Notes: generated by a model from the letters alone, not told the origin. A DNA stretch of 64,000 nucleotides from an uncultured Anaerolineales bacterium (GCA_965195195.1 CBDAFF010000016.1:16980-80979); one strand, 5' to 3'. Shown: positions 1-10,165, counted from the stretch's first letter. Made by a program: numbers and translations.

Positions 1-1
1 T

Positions 2-154
2 CTCTCCTTCGAGATGTGCCGCTGGACTGCAGTCCTCATCGATTATGTCAAGGGCTTAGACCACGACAGAATTCGACAAAAGCTCGGCATCTCGAAAATC
101 CAATGGCGCGAAGTCGGCACCAAGCTGCACCGCTTGGCTGAGAAAAACGCCTAA
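2..154 (+). CDS. 3' end of a gene cut by the window edge; C-terminal HTH resembling sigma-70 region 4 / LuxR-type domain
   Basis: The frame is open from the window edge to TAA at 152-154. My translation is LSFEMCRWTAVLIDYVKGLDHDRIRQKLGISKIQWREVGTKLHRLAEKNA, which fits the YxxGxxxxxIxxxLGISxxxV...R region-4 pattern. Only 50 aa are visible. Confidence 0.35.
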   Translation, partial: LSFEMCRWTAVLIDYVKGLDHDRIRQKLGISKIQWREVGTKLHRLAEKNA

Positions 155-179
155 ATATCACCGCCCCCTTTAGACAAGT

Positions 180-217
180 AAAAAAAGGGCTGTCCAAAAA
201 GGAGCTATGGACAGCCC
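180..217 (-). terminator. Intrinsic terminator downstream of the DUF47 gene
   Basis: A 9-bp stem GGGCTGTCC (187-195) / GGACAGCCC (209-217) is followed on the minus strand by a 7-nt T run (A run 180-186 on plus). It lies between convergent genes. Confidence 0.6.
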
Positions 218-245
218 AAATATTTACTTCATGATGCATCAAATA

Positions 246-866
246 TTACATCTTCTTAACGACGATATCCCCTATCACATTGGCTGCTGCGTCTCCACGA
301 TCTGCAGCGTTGGAGAGATGACGATAAATCTCGCGCAGCTTCAGCATCTCAACTACGTGATCGATATCACGCGGCATTGCGAAGAGATCGGCGATCGCCT
401 CCCGATAAACTGTCTCCATCCGATTCTCCAAAGCTTTCGCCCGCACGGCATGATCGTTGGCGACATTGGGGTGATCTTCCAAGCGCTGCACACCCATGTA
501 GATCTCACGCGCTGCATCCGTCAGAAGTGAGACCATACGCTCCATAAATGCATTCGGCTGCACACCAAGCAGGTGCATCTCTTCGACCGTTGTATCGGCA
601 TAGTCGAGCACATCATCGATCGTTAACGAGAGTGCGAAGATGTCCTCGCGATCGATCGGTGTAACGAATGTTTTATTGAGCTCGTCGATCAGGATCCGGC
701 GCACCTCATCGGCTTCTTTCTCGAGCTGGGTCACCGCCGTTGCAAGCGCTTCGCTGGGTTCCTTAACATACTCGAGCAGCTTCTGCATTCCCATAACGGA
801 ATATTCCGCCTGCTTAATTAGCAGTTCGATAAAGCGGTTTGTTTTTTTGCGAGAGAAGATACTCAT
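246..866 (-). CDS. DUF47 / PhoU-like (TIGR00153-type) protein
   Basis: The 206-aa helical protein shows the family pattern EKEADEVRRxL...FVTPIDREDI...D.ADRGDAAANVI. No Pit transporter gene lies next to it. Confidence 0.7.
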   Translation of the reverse strand: MSIFSRKKTNRFIELLIKQAEYSVMGMQKLLEYVKEPSEALATAVTQLEKEADEVRRILIDELNKTFVTPIDREDIFALSLTIDDVLDYADTTVEEMHLLGVQPNAFMERMVSLLTDAAREIYMGVQRLEDHPNVANDHAVRAKALENRMETVYREAIADLFAMPRDIDHVVEMLKLREIYRHLSNAADRGDAAANVIGDIVVKKM

Positions 867-1196
867 ACGGTTCCACCCTTCGTTTAATCATATCATTACG
901 AACCAAGGTTGTGTTTTTGGAGTTCCCGGATTTTCGAGAAATACTACCAAATTGATAGCTTCGAGAGTTATTCCGGAAAGGATCCTCGAAATCTGATCGG
1001 CCGGTCATTTAGATAGTTGATTATAAATGCGAATCCCAATCTCGGATCAGATCCAACATTTTGTAGTCCTAATTATAGACTCAATCAGCGATCATCTGTC
1101 TACGAACCCATAAAGCCCGTCGAAGATCGGCCACAGAGCACTTGCCTGCCTTACAGACAAATGGACGTTGAAACATCATAACTACCTGAAATACGC

Positions 1197-2180
1197 GTGT
1201 CAAGGAGAATGGAGGCGCAGCTTGACAGCACACATCCTTATCGCCACAATTGGGCTATGGAATCACTTGAAGTCCCCGATGGTCACCGCTCTGGTTTCGT
1301 CGCCCTTGCCGGTCGCCCCAATGTAGGGAAATCCACGCTTATCAACCACCTCCTTGGGCAGCGAATCGCGGCGGTGTCACCAAAGCCGCAGACGACCCGC
1401 CAGCGCCAACTTGGGATCCTCACCCTTCCGGACTCGCAGTTGATTTTCGTCGACACACCGGGGATTCATGAACCACTGCATAAATTGGGCGAGAAGATGA
1501 ATGAGGAAGCCCTTTCTTCACTGCAGGAGGCGGACGTTGTTTTAGCGCTCTTCGACCTCACCCGACCGCCTAACGAAGAAGACATACAGGTCGCGACGCA
1601 GATCAGAGAGATCCAGGGGAAGATACCTACCATAGTCGCCCTAACAAAAGCAGATCGCGTGCCCGATGATCGCATGTCGGACCGACGCGCAGCGTTTCGA
1701 ACCCTGCTCCCTGAAGCTGACTTCCTGGAGATCTCCTCCACTCGAGGGGATAACCTGGATGAACTGATCGAACGCATCAAAGGTGAATTACCCGAGGGCC
1801 CTCGCCTCTTCCCACCCGAAATAATAACGGATGCGTACGAGCGCGACATCGCCGCCGATATGATCCGTGCTGCTGCTTTGAAAAATCTGCGCGACGAAGT
1901 TCCGCACAGTCTCGCGATACGGATCGATGAATTCGAAGAGCGGAATGAACATGGCGCCTATATCGAAGCTACAATATTTGTTGAACGCGATTCCCAGAAA
2001 GGGATCGTTATCGGTAAGGGGGGCACAATGCTTAAGACGATCGGCACGTTTGCCCGAAAGGAAATCGAAGCCGCAACAGACCGCAAAATCTACTTGAAAT
2101 TACGTGTCAAAGTCTTGCCCGGATGGCGCAATGACGAAAACAAACTTAAGAGTTTCGGCTTTGGGGGGTCTGGTCACTAA
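1197..2180 (+). CDS. era: GTPase Era
   Basis: G1 GRPNVGKSTL, G3 DTPG and G4 TKAD are present, with a C-terminal KH domain (VIGKGGTMLKTIG). The track start 1197 is GTG; ATGs at 1209 and 1257 are alternative starts. Confidence 0.9.
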   Translation: MSRRMEAQLDSTHPYRHNWAMESLEVPDGHRSGFVALAGRPNVGKSTLINHLLGQRIAAVSPKPQTTRQRQLGILTLPDSQLIFVDTPGIHEPLHKLGEKMNEEALSSLQEADVVLALFDLTRPPNEEDIQVATQIREIQGKIPTIVALTKADRVPDDRMSDRRAAFRTLLPEADFLEISSTRGDNLDELIERIKGELPEGPRLFPPEIITDAYERDIAADMIRAAALKNLRDEVPHSLAIRIDEFEERNEHGAYIEATIFVERDSQKGIVIGKGGTMLKTIGTFARKEIEAATDRKIYLKLRVKVLPGWRNDENKLKSFGFGGSGH

Positions 2181-2210
2181 GAGTGCAGATGCATTCGCTG
2201 AGGAATAACC

Positions 2211-3131
2211 TTGAGCAGTAAAAAATCGAAGGGCACAAAAACAAGTTCTTTCGGGGTGCCGGGACGTATCAGCCATGACGCCTCACCGTTTTACAGCAGC
2301 CGCCTTTACCAGGGACAACAGCGGGAAATTACTTCACCCCTCCCTGAGAATCCTATCCCTGAAGAAAGCCTCAATTGTTTCCACCTGAAATCGTCGGGCG
2401 ATATGTCCGAACTCCCTGATTACAGCGTCCACCTCATGGTGACCTCGCCACCCTACAACGTCCGGAAAGAGTACGACGAGGATCTCACCCTTGAGGAATA
2501 CCTCGATCTACTGCATGTTGTCTTCAAGGAGACCTACCGGGTATTGGTAAGCGGCGGGCGAGCCTGCATTAATATCGCCAATCTGGGTCGGAAGCCTTAC
2601 CTACCATTGCATGCTCTCATCATTCAAACCATGCTCGAAATCGGTTTCTTGATGAGGGGAGAAATCATCTGGGACAAAGCCGCGAGCGCCTCCCCCTCCA
2701 CGGCATGGGGGTCCTGGCAGTCAGCATCAAATCCTGTATTGCGCGATGTCCATGAGTACATTCTCGTCTTTTCAAAGGAGTCTTTCTCACGCAAACCTGA
2801 AGTCAAAGAAGATACGATCGCGCGCGAGTCTTTCCTCGAGTGGACGAAGAGCATCTGGACTTTCCCCGCCGTTTCTGCAAAGCGGATCGGACATCCGGCT
2901 CCATTTCCTGAGGAGCTTCCCAGGCGCCTGATCGACCTCTACACCTTTAAGAACGACGTGGTCCTCGATCCTTTCTGTGGATCTGGAACCACCTGTCTGG
3001 CAGCATTTCGACTCGGAAGGCAGTACATCGGCTACGAAATTAACCCGCAGTACAAACAGCTCGCAGAAGAACGACTGGGAGGCGCAACAGAAGGCGATCT
3101 CCTGGGAAAAGCTGCGACGGACGAAACATAG
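2211..3131 (+). CDS. Site-specific DNA methyltransferase, beta class (N4-C or N6-A)
   Basis: Motif IV TSPPY lies N-terminal to the AdoMet motif I DPFCGSGTT, which is the beta-class order. The track start is TTG. The gene begins 30 nt after era and ends 8 nt before purB. Confidence 0.85.
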   Translation: MSSKKSKGTKTSSFGVPGRISHDASPFYSSRLYQGQQREITSPLPENPIPEESLNCFHLKSSGDMSELPDYSVHLMVTSPPYNVRKEYDEDLTLEEYLDLLHVVFKETYRVLVSGGRACINIANLGRKPYLPLHALIIQTMLEIGFLMRGEIIWDKAASASPSTAWGSWQSASNPVLRDVHEYILVFSKESFSRKPEVKEDTIARESFLEWTKSIWTFPAVSAKRIGHPAPFPEELPRRLIDLYTFKNDVVLDPFCGSGTTCLAAFRLGRQYIGYEINPQYKQLAEERLGGATEGDLLGKAATDET

Positions 3132-3139
3132 AGGAGAAG

Positions 3140-4546
3140 ATGGCCTACCAATCCCCGTTCTCAACTCGATACGGTTCACCGGAGATGCGCGCAATATGGT
3201 CTGAGGTGGCCAAGAGGCGCGCCTGGCGCAGCGTATGGTTTGCTGTCGCTGAGGCGCAATCGGCAGCTGATCTTGTCTCTCCGGAGCAAATTAAAGAGAT
3301 CCGAGCCAAGATTGATGCGATCGATCTAGCCCGGGCTTGCGAAATCGAAGCCGAGATCGGGCACGATCTAATGGCTGAACTGCGTACCTTCGCAGAGCAA
3401 TGTCCGTCGGGCGGCGCAATCCTGCATTGGGGATTAACTTCCGCAGACGTCCAGGATAACGCCGATGTCATGCGGCAGAAGGCTGCACTCGCCCTTATAC
3501 TCGACAACCTGCGGACTCTGCTGTTGGCGTTCGCCGAGCGCATCGAGGAGACTCACGATCTACCCATCATGGGTTTCACCCACCTTCAGCCTGCCGAACC
3601 AACGACACTGGGTTACCGCCTGAGCGTCTACGCCCAGGACCTTTTAGAGGGATTCGAAACTCTCCTGAGTTTACACCGCAGGCTGCGCGGGAAAGGCATT
3701 CGCGGTCCGGTTGGGACATCTGGTCCATTTGTAGATATGTTAGCAGACTCCGATATCACACCTGAACTGCTCGAGTCGAACATCATGAACTCCCTCAATC
3801 TTGAAGCATTTCCAATCACGACGCAGACCTACCCGCGCATGCAAGATTACAGATTGATCAGCGGCTTGGCCGACGTCGCGGGCGCCTTACATAAATTCGC
3901 CTTCGATCTGCGCCTGCTGCAATCACCCGGGATCGGCGGCCTTCAGGAGCCCTTTGGTGATAAACAAGTCGGATCAAGCGCGATGCCATTCAAACGTAAT
4001 CCGGTGGCAGCTGAGAAGATTTGCTCACTGGCTCGAGAGACCGCGGCATGGGTGGATGTCGCCTGGCAAAATAGCGCCACTTCCCTTCTCGAGCGGACGC
4101 TTGATGACTCTGCCAACCGGCGCAGCATGATCCCGGAGGTGTTCTTAGCTTGCGATGAGATGCTGCGCACCACAACTCAAATTCTCCAGGGGCTGGTCAT
4201 CGACCGCGATCACTTCCAATCCCAGCTTAAACGCTTTGGACCATTCGCTGCGATCGAGCGCGTTTTAACCGCTCTTGTCCAGGCTGGTGGCGACCGCCAG
4301 GAAATGCATGAACGACTTCGCCAGCACAGCATGAAAGCATGGGAGACCTATCAAACAAAGGGAAAGAACCCGCTTAAGGGCTTGTTATCCAAGGATACCG
4401 CCCTGCTTAAGCACCTTCAGCCGGCACGAATCCGTAAGCTGCTGGATGCGAGCACCTATGTTGGTCTTGCTCCTGTGAGGGCGAAGGAAATGGCGGCGCG
4501 CATTCGCGGGCGATTAGCCCCAGAGCAGAAAGAAGTGAATTCCTGA
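3140..4546 (+). CDS. purB: Adenylosuccinate lyase
   Basis: The N-terminus SPFSTRYGSPEM and the fumarate-lyase signature GSSAMPFKRNP are both present. Confidence 0.92.
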   Translation: MAYQSPFSTRYGSPEMRAIWSEVAKRRAWRSVWFAVAEAQSAADLVSPEQIKEIRAKIDAIDLARACEIEAEIGHDLMAELRTFAEQCPSGGAILHWGLTSADVQDNADVMRQKAALALILDNLRTLLLAFAERIEETHDLPIMGFTHLQPAEPTTLGYRLSVYAQDLLEGFETLLSLHRRLRGKGIRGPVGTSGPFVDMLADSDITPELLESNIMNSLNLEAFPITTQTYPRMQDYRLISGLADVAGALHKFAFDLRLLQSPGIGGLQEPFGDKQVGSSAMPFKRNPVAAEKICSLARETAAWVDVAWQNSATSLLERTLDDSANRRSMIPEVFLACDEMLRTTTQILQGLVIDRDHFQSQLKRFGPFAAIERVLTALVQAGGDRQEMHERLRQHSMKAWETYQTKGKNPLKGLLSKDTALLKHLQPARIRKLLDASTYVGLAPVRAKEMAARIRGRLAPEQKEVNS

Positions 4547-4689
4547 GCAATTCTTACCCGTACAGCAGCGCACTGGGTAGATTGAATGCGGTGTTTCTTT
4601 CGTTTTCTAGTCGATTGAATTTACAGGTATTGACGTTGGATAACCAGGCGCATTCAAAGCAGTAAACCGACCTTAGAGGGCAGACAACG

Positions 4690-5370
4690 ATGGTGTTCTT
4701 CCTCTTTTTTGCAGCAACGTTCGCCGTCATTGATTGGATTGCAGTCGCAACAAACCGCCGGCGGCTCGTATTTTTCGCCAAACCCGCAACCATGCTGGGA
4801 CTGATCTTATGGTTCGCGACCACCCTGCCCGCTGTGCCTGCCCCAGCCGGCACCTGGTTCCTTCTTGGAATGGGTTTATGCCTCGCCGGGGACATTTTCC
4901 TGATGCTGCCGCCGGAAAATTTCATCAAAGGTCTGCTCGCCTTCCTCCTGGGCAACATCGCTTATATCGTCGCCTTCAATCTCCCGCAGCCGATATTCCA
5001 ACCACTATCCCTAATTTTTATTGCGGTTATAGGTTCCCTAGTCCTGTTCCTTTTGAGACGTATCACTCAGGCTTTGCGTGCAAATAAGCGGGGCGAACTC
5101 ATCGGACCGGTGATAGCATATGCCGCCGTCCTCGGTCTCACCTTCTTCTCAACCCTATCAACGCTCTTGCGAGAGACTTGGCCTCCGCAAGCCGCGGTAC
5201 TTGCAGCGATCGGCGGCGGGTTGTTCGTCCTCTCAGACAGCATGTTAGGGTGGAACCGCTACGTCAAACCGATTCCTAACGGACAACTAATAACGATCAT
5301 CACCTACCACCTCTCTCAACTCTTCTTGGCAACGTCATTCCTTCTATTCCTGGGTTTGATCGCGCTCTAA
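4690..5370 (+). CDS. YhhN-family (lysoplasmalogenase-like) membrane protein
   Basis: The product is a polytopic membrane protein. KPxTM...GLxLCLAGDIFLM...GLLAFLLGNIAYIVAF matches the YhhN pattern. Confidence 0.6.
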   Translation: MVFFLFFAATFAVIDWIAVATNRRRLVFFAKPATMLGLILWFATTLPAVPAPAGTWFLLGMGLCLAGDIFLMLPPENFIKGLLAFLLGNIAYIVAFNLPQPIFQPLSLIFIAVIGSLVLFLLRRITQALRANKRGELIGPVIAYAAVLGLTFFSTLSTLLRETWPPQAAVLAAIGGGLFVLSDSMLGWNRYVKPIPNGQLITIITYHLSQLFLATSFLLFLGLIAL

Positions 5371-5572
5371 AATTCGGAAAGCTTGGCTTCTGATTATCCT
5401 CTGCTAAATCAATTTAGACGCGGATCTTCTCCCACAGCACAGTTCGACTGCGCCAGTCATTAGGTATTGGTTTGCAGTTAATGTATGGTTCGGTGGGGAA
5501 TGCTTTGAGGCCCTTGATTCGTGCTGCGTCCCAATTTACTCAGCCGGAATGACTGCCCAGGGTATTTTTCAC

Positions 5573-7012
5573 TCACACTTGGGTGAAATGATCAGCTTCA
5601 ATCTCGCGCCAGTCTGCTCCCTGAGGCAAACGCAAGTATGCGCCCAGGAGTGGGTGAACCTCGCGGATCATCTCCGCCATCCGCAGCGCGATGCGCCGGA
5701 TGGAAAAATGTGCGTTTTTCTCCGCTCTCAACTCGCAGAAATGATAAACCTCGCGTAGATTCATCGTCATCAAAACCCTGCGATTGAAGCCATTCGGCAC
5801 CAGGTAAACAGCGACATGTGGATTCCAGACTTCAAGTTGGCTAAATGCCTTTGCAGCCTGCTCCATCGCCTTTCTGTAGGGCGCTTCGAAGCCAGCCTCC
5901 ACGATTAGGCGCGGGACAGCGTAACCCAGATCAGCTCTTAACTGTTGGGGGGTTTGAGTCATCATGCGGTGGCGTTTTAGCTCGAAGTAAGCTCCTTGAT
6001 CGAGCGTTGCCTCGAATGTGTAATAGGCATGTTCTAGCTCTCGCACCGGAGCATCGAAGCGATCGAGTCTTCCCAGGAGCGCCTCGGCCAATTCCTTGAG
6101 TTGGTCTCCTTCCATCTCTCGCACAGTCTCCATTACCGTTGCGAAACTCGCGCCTCCTGGTGCGAAAAGCGCAGCCGCCAGGATGCGCAGTTCGGCTTCA
6201 GGCTCGTAATCAACCAACTCGAGCATTCCTGCCATCGGTTCAACAGGAAAAGCTGCTGCTCGTTCTAAAAAATCAGTGCCAACATCCTCGAGATATGGAA
6301 CCCGGTCGGCGTATTTCACCAAGGTCGGTATCTCCACTTGAGCAACATCTTTAACTCGCTCACCAATTTCCTGAACCTCGCGCAGGGGGTGAGACAGCAT
6401 TTTGCGAATCGCATGCTCAAGCACGCGAGCGTTGGCGGTCATACCCACATTGGCCAGGGAGGCTGCTGGCAGAAGAAAACGGCACGCATCGATATAGCGG
6501 GAACGAATTCGCCCATCCCAGCGCTCATCACTCTCGCCCTCCGCGCGTGGATGCGCGCTGGCGACAGCGTCTTTCACAGGCGCGATGGATTGCATGTAGG
6601 TGTCGAACAACAAGTCGCAGGTTTGACGATAGACCTTCTCTGTCGATCCATCTTGGACTTCGGGGGGGATGTAGTATCCCTGACGGTCCCATTTCTGATA
6701 ACGGGTCGATTTCTCGGTGTAGGAAGCCAGACGGTTTGACTCGATACACTCGATCGCCAAACGGGAAACGTTCTCGAGGGCCAGATGCAAGACGGCATGT
6801 TCCGCGACCGAGGCATGTCCGTAACCGACTACCCATCGCTCATGAAACTCTGCGGATTTCTCATCGGTCAGCTCGGCTGCGATTTCACGAAATGAAAGCG
6901 GTGACCTGGATGTTTTAGCAAAGGCCACCGCGATTGTCTCTGGATTGAGCTCCTCTGGACGCAACAGGTAAATCTCCCGCTTGAAAGTCTCAGGCATCCT
7001 GTCCCTCCACAT
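5573..7012 (-). CDS. thyX: FAD-dependent thymidylate synthase, fused two-domain ThyX
   Basis: There are two ThyX-like halves. The N-half has HASVAEH...SNRLASYTEKSTRY...LPAASLANVGMTANARVLEH. The C-half has ELEHAYYTFE...KRHRMMTQ...MTMNLREVYHFCELR. An alternative ATG lies at 6997. Confidence 0.8.
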   Translation of the reverse strand: MWRDRMPETFKREIYLLRPEELNPETIAVAFAKTSRSPLSFREIAAELTDEKSAEFHERWVVGYGHASVAEHAVLHLALENVSRLAIECIESNRLASYTEKSTRYQKWDRQGYYIPPEVQDGSTEKVYRQTCDLLFDTYMQSIAPVKDAVASAHPRAEGESDERWDGRIRSRYIDACRFLLPAASLANVGMTANARVLEHAIRKMLSHPLREVQEIGERVKDVAQVEIPTLVKYADRVPYLEDVGTDFLERAAAFPVEPMAGMLELVDYEPEAELRILAAALFAPGGASFATVMETVREMEGDQLKELAEALLGRLDRFDAPVRELEHAYYTFEATLDQGAYFELKRHRMMTQTPQQLRADLGYAVPRLIVEAGFEAPYRKAMEQAAKAFSQLEVWNPHVAVYLVPNGFNRRVLMTMNLREVYHFCELRAEKNAHFSIRRIALRMAEMIREVHPLLGAYLRLPQGADWREIEADHFTQV

Positions 7013-7973
7013 CTTGATTCAGAATCACACGCGCCCGTTGAATGTCTCGCCCAATGCGGGAAAGAAGCAGTTCCGTATTCGAGAAACGTCTTTCATCCCG
7101 TAGGCGAGCGATAAATTCAAGGCGCAATTCCTTTCCGTAGAGATCCGCGTTGAAATCCAGAAGATGAGCTTCAACAATCGCTTGTTCGAGTTTGTCTTCG
7201 AAGGTCGGTCTAACACCGATGTTCGTCACCGCCTTATATCGCTGTCCATCGAACACTGCCCAACAGGCATACACACCTGAACGCGGGTATGCCCTTTCTT
7301 CCCAGATTTCCAAATTCGCCGTGGGGATCCCCAGCGCTCGCCCGCGACTTGAACCCGTAACCACCTTCCCTGGAACCACGAATGACCGGCCGAGGTATTT
7401 GGCAGTTCGAGCCACAGCTCCGGAGCGCAGTGCTTCACGCACCCGCGTCGAGCTTACAACCTCACCGCCAAGAAGGGTAGGGGGAATAACATGCAGCGTA
7501 AATCCGCGCTCTAAACCAGCGGCGGCGAGGAAGTGGCGATTCCCCTCACGCTTATAACCCAGCGCGAAATCTTCGCCAATCCACAGGCTCTTTAATCCCA
7601 AACGCGCCTTTAATCGGTCGAGGAAGATCCCTGCTGGGATCTCGGCCATACTTCGATCGAATTGCTGCGTGATGACATAGTCCACGCCCAATTCACCAAG
7701 CAATTCAGCTTTCTCCTCAGGTGTGTTGATATAAAACGCGGGCGTTCTACCGCGCAGAAATACAGAGGGGTGAGGGAAGAAAGTAAGGACGACTGCCGGA
7801 CGATTCTCCCGATGTGCGTGTTCGACGAGCGCCTTGATTAACGCCTGATGTCCTCGATGAACCCCATCGAAAGATCCAATCGTAAGATCGCTTTGTTCCA
7901 ATTGAACGGTGAAAAAGTCGCGCAGATGCTTCATAGGTGACTTCAGCGGTTGAAGACCTTCTTTGGATGCCAT
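6990..7973 (-). CDS. ribF: Bifunctional riboflavin kinase / FMN adenylyltransferase
   Basis: The GSFDGVHRGHQ nucleotidyltransferase motif is followed by a C-terminal riboflavin-kinase half (GIPTANL, EAHLLDF). A GAGGA-like SD precedes ATG 7973; an alternative ATG lies at 7934. Confidence 0.9.
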   Translation of the reverse strand: MASKEGLQPLKSPMKHLRDFFTVQLEQSDLTIGSFDGVHRGHQALIKALVEHAHRENRPAVVLTFFPHPSVFLRGRTPAFYINTPEEKAELLGELGVDYVITQQFDRSMAEIPAGIFLDRLKARLGLKSLWIGEDFALGYKREGNRHFLAAAGLERGFTLHVIPPTLLGGEVVSSTRVREALRSGAVARTAKYLGRSFVVPGKVVTGSSRGRALGIPTANLEIWEERAYPRSGVYACWAVFDGQRYKAVTNIGVRPTFEDKLEQAIVEAHLLDFNADLYGKELRLEFIARLRDERRFSNTELLLSRIGRDIQRARVILNQDVEGQDA

Positions 7974-8824
7974 TTTGCGCCGTCCTCGACAGCCTCAAGG
8001 ATGGCGACTAGATCGCCATCAGGCCCGATTGCAACCGCCATTCCAGAGGCGGGTGCGTCTGCAGGAATGAGTCGGCCGAATGTCACATCTTCATAATTTT
8101 TACCCTCAACACTGATTCTTGGAAAATCAGGTAGGGCGTCAACGGCGGGCCGCAGATATTCGTCCCACGTGCCGTCCATAAATCCCAGCTCTAACTTTCT
8201 GAGCGAAACGCATTCTTCTATTGTGAAATGACCCGATTTCGTCCTCCGCAGGTTTGCCAAATGGGCGCCAGTCCCCAATTGCTCTCCCATATCATGCGCG
8301 AGCGAGCGGATGTACGTTCCAGCCGAACACTCGATTTCTAAGACCAAATCTGGCGGACGGTACTCTACGAGAGTCATTTTATAGATTGTTACATCTCTTG
8401 ATTCAAGATCGAATTCCTTCCCCTCTCGTGCCAATTCATAGGCTTTTTTACCCTTGATCTTTATCGCGCTGTACGGTGGTGGTATTTGCTCGATCAGGCC
8501 CGAAAACTCGGGGATAACGGCTTGGATATCTTCTTCGGTTGGCACCGCTCCAGTGAGGTGAATGTCATCCCCCTCTGCGTCGTAGGTTTTTGTGCTCGCG
8601 CCGAAGCGGATCACGGCTTCATAGCGTTTTGAAGCCGTACTGAGATATTCGCTCAATCGGGTTGCCGATCCCAAGCAGAGGACGAGAACACCCGACGCTC
8701 GAGGGTCGAGCGTTCCAGCATGACCCACCTTGCGCACCCCCGTCTCCCTGCGAACAATACTGACGATCTTATGCGATGTCGGGCCGGTAGGTTTATCGAC
8801 GAGGATGAGACCAAAGCGATTCAT
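7943..8824 (-). CDS. truB: tRNA pseudouridine(55) synthase
   Basis: The catalytic motif GHAGTLDPRASG is present. An ATGA overlap joins it to the upstream nrnA stop (8821-8824). Confidence 0.92.
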   Translation of the reverse strand: MNRFGLILVDKPTGPTSHKIVSIVRRETGVRKVGHAGTLDPRASGVLVLCLGSATRLSEYLSTASKRYEAVIRFGASTKTYDAEGDDIHLTGAVPTEEDIQAVIPEFSGLIEQIPPPYSAIKIKGKKAYELAREGKEFDLESRDVTIYKMTLVEYRPPDLVLEIECSAGTYIRSLAHDMGEQLGTGAHLANLRRTKSGHFTIEECVSLRKLELGFMDGTWDEYLRPAVDALPDFPRISVEGKNYEDVTFGRLIPADAPASGMAVAIGPDGDLVAILEAVEDGAKWHPKKVFNR

Positions 8825-9795
8825 GCAGATTCCTCCGGAGAAGGTGAGATGGTCCCCCGAGTCGCGGCCAGGACACGCTCCTGAACCTCCTGCATATCTC
8901 CTTCGATTGTGGCCCCGGCAGCCTGCTCATGACCGCCTCCCCCGAAGGAGAATGCGATCGCAGCTACATCCACCCCCGGTCGCGACCGCCAACTGACTTT
9001 CACATTATCACCGGTTTGTTCAATGAAGATCACGACCACTTGAATCCCCTCGACCGTCGCAAGAAGATTCACCAAATCGGCATCGTCGGATCCTGGGTAT
9101 CCCACTGCCTTTCGGTCATCAATTGTGAGGCTCGTCCACACGATTCCATTCTCCATCTCAAGTCGCCTCAAACCCATGCCCCAGTATTGAATGCTCACAA
9201 AACTACGTTGATTGAGTGTTCGCGCGTAAATCTCCGCCATGGGGGCTCCCAGGCTGATAAGTTCTGAAGCAATCTCCAGCGTTCTCGGTGTGACGCTATC
9301 CGTGCGAAAGCCTATCGTATCTGTGATCAAACCAGTCATAAGATTTGCAGCGACATCAGTGTCGATTTCCAAACCAAGCTGCGGGAGGACGTCGAAGAGA
9401 ATTTCTGTCGTCGCGGGGGCTTTGTGATTAACGATATTGATTGCAGCATAATCCGTATTGGTTGGGTGATGATCGATATTAATATCAGGCTGCCTCGGCA
9501 GGTTCTCCACGGGAAACCCTGTCCGCTGGATATCCGCGGCATCCACTAAGATTAATAAATCACCATCGCTAGGGATTTTCGTAGTCACCTTATCTGCGCC
9601 TGGCAGGAAGCGGAAGCGAGACGGCACTCCTTCCAAAAGAACCGGGGTGACATTTTTCCCGGCTCGTTCCAGGCTCAGGGTTAGTGCGAGCAGCGAGCCT
9701 ATAGCATCCCCATCTGGCCGTTCGTGGGAGAGAATGATGACCTGCTGTGCGGCGTCAAGGGCCGCCTTGGCCTTCTCAATCGTCGTTTCCGCCAC
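8821..9795 (-). CDS. nrnA: DHH/DHHA1 phosphoesterase (NrnA-like oligoribonuclease / pAp phosphatase)
   Basis: The motifs HERPDGDAIGS, IDHHPTN and DHHA1 GGGGHEQAAGA are present. The position between rbfA and truB is typical of this family. Confidence 0.8.
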   Translation of the reverse strand: MAETTIEKAKAALDAAQQVIILSHERPDGDAIGSLLALTLSLERAGKNVTPVLLEGVPSRFRFLPGADKVTTKIPSDGDLLILVDAADIQRTGFPVENLPRQPDINIDHHPTNTDYAAINIVNHKAPATTEILFDVLPQLGLEIDTDVAANLMTGLITDTIGFRTDSVTPRTLEIASELISLGAPMAEIYARTLNQRSFVSIQYWGMGLRRLEMENGIVWTSLTIDDRKAVGYPGSDDADLVNLLATVEGIQVVVIFIEQTGDNVKVSWRSRPGVDVAAIAFSFGGGGHEQAAGATIEGDMQEVQERVLAATRGTISPSPEESA

Positions 9796-10165
9796 TCACG
9801 TCTCCTGCTTTTTCACCGCGCTCCTCTTGCAGGCTGTCTAGCAGTTCTTCAATGCGAGCTCCACGTTCATGAGACGCATCCCAACGGAAGCGAAGTTGGG
9901 GGAAGCTTCGCAATTGTATACGTGCTGCCAGTTGGCTGCGTAAATATCCTTGCGCGCCTTCCAAACCCGCGAGAACATCATCCATCCGCGCATCGTCTCC
10001 ACTGGCGACTACATAAATCTGCGCATAGGCCAGCTCCCGATCCACGTCCACCTCCGTGATCGTGATCATTGCCAGGCGTGGGTCAGCAACATTCCGCATG
10101 AGGATGTCGGCCAATTCCTCTTGTATACGTTCTGCAACCTTACGGGCGCGCGCCTTAGTCGCCAT
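9776..10165 (-). CDS. rbfA: Ribosome-binding factor A
   Basis: The size is right (129 aa). The RVAERIQEELADIL...DPRL...ITITEVDVxxDLxxAxIYV pattern is present, and the gene sits directly after infB. Confidence 0.88.
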   Translation of the reverse strand: MATKARARKVAERIQEELADILMRNVADPRLAMITITEVDVDRELAYAQIYVVASGDDARMDDVLAGLEGAQGYLRSQLAARIQLRSFPQLRFRWDASHERGARIEELLDSLQEERGEKAGDVSGGNDD

